Below, piece after piece: positions 57,305 to 64,000 of a stretch of DNA of 64,000 bases. Position 1 is the first letter of the stretch, and each line of letters starts with the position of its first letter. The notes under the pieces are model-generated. The model was given only the letters and a program-made list of their open reading frames with translations. It was not told the origin of the DNA and did not search any database. The DNA is from the human T2T-CHM13v2.0 reference genome, Homo sapiens. The stretch lies in assembly GCF_009914755.1 (NCBI RefSeq), contig NC_060947.1; one strand, 5' to 3'. The position numbers were made by a program, and so were the translations under genes.

Positions 57305-60300
57305 AGGTCATTCGCTTTCCTGAATGTTTTCCCAATCTAATTCAAACATCAAACATCCCTTACCAAGTCTCTGAAAACCACAAAGCAATAAGCCATTTTG
57401 TTGGTGAAGTTAAAACAATGCAAAAATCTGATCAACAAGTTCTTTGCCCTCCTTTAGCAAGTTCAGATTCTGAAATATTGACAAGGAAAGCTGGGAGAGG
57501 AAGGCTGCAGTAAAGGGAAGAAAGAAAATGATTTCAGTCCCCAAGTCTCTGCTTGCCAGCCTTTATCCACCTAACCCCAAAGTCAAAGAATGCATTTCCA
57601 CACACTTTCCCACATTTGTTTCCCCTCCTCAGTCTCCCAGAAGCTCTTCAGTCTCAAATGGGAGATAATCTTCAGATCAATGAGGGCTGATGTCAAACTC
57701 TTACTAAGCCGTGTTTTCCCAGCTGGGGGTAAATTCCGCTTGCCTGGATGTAAAACTTCCTAATTAGAAATGTCAAGTCTCTGTTTAAATATCAAGGAAG
57801 GAACTGGGAGTAGGAAGCACCAGGCTATAAAAATGTTTAACTCTTTCTTAAATCTGAATTTGAAGGCTTTGGTTAGTGCAACCTGCAGAGTTAAACTCTG
57901 GGTTAATCTTTCATTCATTTTATACTTGACGGTGCTTTGCGGAGGGGGTGGTGAGTGGGGGGTTAAAGAATGTGGTGTGACACAGGAGGCGTGGTAACTA
58001 GAGAACGTCTTAAATAATTGACTCTTGAGTAGCTAGAGAAGACAGTGAAAAATCCTTTGTTCCAGAATACTGCCATTCCCAGACCTTACTGCACTGACTA
58101 GAAATTTCCAAATTTCTTACTTTTCTATGTTAAGGCATGGAAGTCCCAACAAAAAGGTAGAAAAATACCTGAGAATAGGAATGAACTGTTATTATCAGCC
58201 ATTAACTCCTTCATGTAAATGTGTTTATCATAATAGCCAAGCGGGTTGTGTTAAAAATATCACCCCATTCTTGGGGTAGAAGAAAATATTGGGCAAAGTG
58301 ACGCAAATTGATCATATCACCCTATATTACCCCCGTTCAAAAAGGGCTGGGTGTCTGGAGTTAGCAACTTGCTTGTTAGCTTTTATAGTTCTCAGGACGG
58401 CTGAGAATGATGAGCTGGAGGCATTTCTCAAATTCAGAAAGTGGGGAACTTCTCTCCTCCTTGTGTATCTCACCTCTCCAAGTTGTGAGCCCATGTCAGA
58501 GTGTGTATAGGTTCAATTACCAGCTGGCTTTTACAATCTAAATTCCTTGTTTGTGGAACATTGGAAGTAACAGGTCAAGTTGAAATGAATGAGGAATTTT
58601 TCCCAAAAAGCTAAAGAAAGTTTCTGTCTCATGTTTCAACTTTTTCCAGAAATAAAATAGAGTTTGCCAGGTGACATATCCAGGTTGTAATTGAGAGCTG
58701 GGTAAGTAACATTCATCATAATTAGTTCTGTCCCCGGTGCCAGCCCCAAGCAGCTTTTCAGTTGAGTCTGTGGCTGAGGTAACCATGCCAGGGAGAATGG
58801 GAGGCCCCCAGCCATCACAAAACCTCATTTTATGCCAGGTCCACCTCATCTGCTCAGAAATATGGAAACCCACACAATTTTGAATGCATGACAGAAACTT
58901 CCTGTGCTATTGCTTTGTTTTAATGGGGCAGCTTAACCAGCTCTCTCAGATCAGATATATTAGAAATGTTGAAGAAGACGGTGTGCTGCCAGAAGCAAAA
59001 TGGCTTGCTGCTTTCTTCCCATAATGTGACTGTCCCAACACTGTCCCTGAATGTGGCTTTTTCCTTTGAAAAGTATTCAGGAAAACTAGGAACTCAAGTG
59101 GAGTTGTTAGCACTAGTGCTTCTTTTCAAATAGGTGACACATGGATTTTGCTACATCTGGGGACCAAAGGACATTCAGCATGGCAAGAGCTAGGTGGCAA
59201 TTATACTACATGCTCAGTGTTAGAGATTTGAGTGTTTCTGTTACATTTTTTTTTTGTCACTCTATACACTGCTATTGACTCTGAGTTGCAAGCTTTAATG
59301 TACCTGGCTGAATAATGAGAAATCACAGAGAGACTCTGTAGCTGTTCTTCCCAAATGAGTGATAAAGGTCTGGGAAAGGGTTACATAAACACGAGAAAAT
59401 GTTTCCAGAGATGTATCAATGTCGGTGAGTAAACCAGTGTTGTACCCTAAGAACCACATCTGGAAGCCACTGGCAAATTGTATGTTGACCTACACAGCTG
59501 GAAGTCAGGTCGTGAGACCCTTAAGGATACTGTCACATTAACGTACAAAATGGGAGTTAAGTACCACATTCCAAGACCTAGGTATAATTTGCATGTAGAC
59601 TAAAAAGAGAAAATTGTGTACTTCCTGATGCTGTTGTGTGGCTTTCCATAATCAACCACTGAGGACTTTTCCTTTTATTTCCTGGGGACTTTTCATTTGC
59701 ACAGAAGTCAGTGTGGAAAAAAAAAATGCCTACAATCAATGGGCAACTGAGGCCAGAAACTTAAATGTGATTGAGGGCTCAGAATCTAGGCTTCATTGGA
59801 CCCCAGAGTTGGACTCTAGACTTTGGCAACAACACTGATTGCTAAGAATAAAATTCATGTCTCTTAGAGGAATTTAGTCCCTACTTATGGTCAGCTGCAG
59901 GAAATATTAGTGGAGAAAAATTGTGAAGCAAGCCTCTCTAAAACAGCTACCCTGGCCCATCTTTATCAAAGGAAAAGGGACTTTGCACACTTTGAGGTGA
60001 CAGAGCTCTGCAAATGACCATGCCTAAGGCTAGGTTTGTGATAACAGAACTACTATTACTGGGTTGATTTATTCCAATATTTGGCCAGCCGCTGCCCAGG
60101 AGAAAAATGGCCTATCTTTGATGTCCTTAACTTCACCTAAGCCCTCCCAGAAGCAGAGGACCAAGGAAGGCAAAGCTCTTGACCAGAGTCACGTAGTTTA
60201 TTCCTTTAAAAAACTAAAAGCTGAACATTTGAATTGATAACTTTTTGATTTAGTCTTCCTCACTAGTTTTGCTACCAGACACCAAATTCTGGTTGTTCCA

Positions 60301-60784
60301 GAATTCCCTCATGCTAGGCTAAAAAGAAAAGTACCTAGAATGGCCTTTAGTTTCCCCACACTTATTAAACTAGCAATTGAATGGCTATGTGTGTTTGGAT
60401 GAAGCTGGTGTGCTATATTTAGAATTACAAAGGCTTTTTGGCATCAGCCACCTATAAATGATTCAGATCAAAATTTCTATGGGGCCTTTCTGTAATAAAT
60501 TGCCTCAAATAGTCAAAATAAACATTTCACTTATATTTAGAGATGTACAGATTGCTGAAAGTTGTTTTAAATTATAAATGATAAATGTTAAAGCATTTGA
60601 GAGGGAGGTAAATATATACTGTGGTGTTCTGTTCAATTATATGCTGTACACCTGTACTGTCTAAATGATAGTGTTTGTTTGCTGGAAACACTTAACTATA
60701 GACTAAAGGGCATGTCAGCTGCATTTAGTCCTTGGAACGTTAGAAGTTCCATCCTTTTAAGGTTCCATCATTGGAAGGAACCCA

Positions 60785-61610
60785 GCAGTGTGACTGGTGA
60801 TGATTTGTCATGACCTATGTTGACCAGTTATATCCAGTAATGTATGGCCAAGAGTATGGTGACCAGCCAAGACTGGCTGAAACCAGGGATGACTGGCTGT
60901 GATCAGCCATGACTGGCAACTGACTCAGACAGTGGATATTGGCCATGATGAGCTGAGACTGACTGTGACCAGCTGTGACTGGTGGAGACCAGCAATTACT
61001 GGCCATAACAGACCAAGACTGGCTGTGACTGGCAGAGACCGGCCATAATAGGCAGTGATTGGCAGAGATAGACTGTGAGTGGCTGTAATCAACAAAGATC
61101 TGTCGTGACAGGCCAAGGCCAGTGTGAACAGCAGAGACTGGCCAAGATTGGCCAAAAGCAGTGGAGACCAGTCAAGACTGGCTGCAATGGGCTGAGATCA
61201 GCAGAGACCAGCTGTGACCAGTTGTAATAGGCCAAAACTAGTGGTGCCCAGTGCAGACCAGCTGACACCAGCTGCAACCAGCCAAGACCAACACACACCA
61301 GGCATGATTGGTTGTAACAGGCCAAGACCAGCAATGACTGGTGAAGAACAGCTGAAACAGGTTGTAATAGGCAAAGACTGGCCACAGTCAGCCACAATTG
61401 TCCAAGACCAGCCATGACTAGTTGTAACAGGCCGAGATGATGGTAATCAGCTGAGACTGGCCAATACTGGTAGAGACTAGCTGCAACTGGACATAACTGG
61501 CAGTGACCAGCCATGACCAACTGCAATCATTTGAGACTGGCCACAACTGGCCAACACCAGCAGAGACCAGCTGCAACCAGTAGTTTCTGGCTGTGACTGG
61601 CAGTGACAGC
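60785..61610. repeat. Degenerate 10-bp-period tandem array (about 80 units), consensus GC-YR-(YR/AG)-AC-YR
   Basis: Units such as gccaagacca, gctgtgacca, gctgcaacca, gccatgacta and gctgagatca stay in 10-nt register for hundreds of bases. Confidence 0.88.
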
Positions 61611-62248
61611 TCTCTGTCAGGCTTATACTAGAAGGGCCTTGGGGGATCCCTTTCTCTTGTAAATGGGGAAACAGGCCATGGGGAATCAACTCAGGTATCA
61701 GGTCTGTTGTCAGAGTAGGGAGGCATGGATGCCTCGGTGTCCAGAGTAAGCTGGGGTGAATTCAAATTCTCACTTCTTTGCTCCTCCCCCAGCCCCGAAA
61801 CCTTGAGCTTCTGAGTCCCATGTGGATGCACGGTGATCCACAATTCAGAGAATGGGTAGGAGCAGCAGGACCAGAGAAGGAGAGGACAATGTGGGGGTAT
61901 AGTAGAGAGTCCAGCTATTAGCCTGAGGGGGATGCTAAGTTAACCCACAAAGTAATGGAGAGAGAAGGAAAGATAAAAGCAAAACAAGCTCCACGCAGTC
62001 CAGAGTAAGGGTGCAGAATCCTTCCACATTTGTGAGGGAGGTAGGTTATGTGGGCTGCAGAGAACACCCTATTCAAGACTTGCCTACCTGCAAGGTGATC
62101 CTTAGCTCTCACACCCTCCCACCCATCTCTCCCTAGCCTTGTGAGATACTCAAGCCTTGTCATTCAGTTGTGTTTCTTGTGATTCAGGGACTGTAGCTGC
62201 AGGGTGCATGGGAATTGGGAAGTGGGTGGTATGTCCTGTTCTAACACC

Positions 62249-62681
62249 TGTTAAAGAAAAAATTATTCAAACACTTGTTAAAATGGATGAAAAGGCAGAC
62301 TTTATTCTAAAGGGGCTAACTGCAGTTACGAGAGAGATCCAGCTCAACTCCGAATAAAAATGAAGGAGTTTGTTGCTAAGGAGCAGCGGGAGTTGGGGGG
62401 AGGGACAAATGGAAAATTACTAAAATGAAACATTAGAGGTAAGTATCCTGTTAAACAGACTTCACAGGATTTTTGCTGAAGGCAAGCAAAGGTGGTCAGA
62501 TACCAGGAGTTGGTGATGAGGAATATAATCAAATAGCAATGGTGGGGGATTTTCACTAAACTTACTAATTAGCATTCTTGCTTCAACTAGACCAAACTGG
62601 CCAATGTCAGGGGACTAGTTAGAATGACGGTTCAGAGGAGCCTAACTCAATTTGGTCAAAAAAGAAGAGAGGTCTTTGTCA
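62249..62681 (-). mobile_element. MER31-type ERV1 LTR
   Basis: Minus strand starts tgacaaagacctctcttcttttttgaccaaattgagttaggctcctctgaacc; plus strand starts tgttaaagaaaaattattc. Confidence 0.8.
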
Positions 62682-62739
62682 TCTTTCATGAGACAGGAGT
62701 GATAAATACATGAAAAACAGTGAAAACATAGGTCATATT

Positions 62740-64000
<1,261 letters not shown>

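Noticed and set aside
61089-61526. 145-aa ORF with 10-residue periodicity resembling a repeat protein
   Set aside because: Three 10-bp DNA units give a 10-codon period automatically. The start is not ATG, and variation follows CpG slots rather than third codon positions.
60785-61610. Possible CRISPR-like array
   Set aside because: There is no conserved repeat with unique spacers and no cas genes; these are contiguous degenerate 10-mers in human DNA.

Overview
This window is human genomic DNA, not prokaryotic. One Alu carries AluYa5- and AluYb8-type diagnostic changes, and these subfamilies are essentially human-specific. The region is AT-rich, gene-poor and intergenic or intronic. I can support no host protein-coding exon, RNA gene or CRISPR array. 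The ORFs I could assign are L1 ORF1/ORF2 remnants or frames read through Alu and LTR sequence, and the rest look like chance frames. Much of the window is interspersed repeat: 12 Alus, several L1s, L2/MIR/CR1 relics, hAT DNA transposons (Charlie1, MER5, MER58), ERV1 LTRs (LTR12C, MER52, MER66-like, MER31) and MaLR LTRs (MST, THE1, MLT1). Five structures stand out: (1) an ~820-bp array in strict 10-bp register that reads as a deaminated (GCCGCGACCG)n CpG-rich repeat and now holds seven CAGCTG E-boxes (60785-61610); (2) a very young Ya5/Yb8 mosaic Alu; (3) a twin-primed L1PB nested inside another twin-primed L1PB; (4) a THE1 provirus collapsed by non-homologous deletion; (5) several templated micro-duplications. 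I found no evidence of a new multi-gene system. Subfamily names come from recalled consensus sequences, and boundaries of old repeats are approximate; RepeatMasker/Dfam should confirm them.
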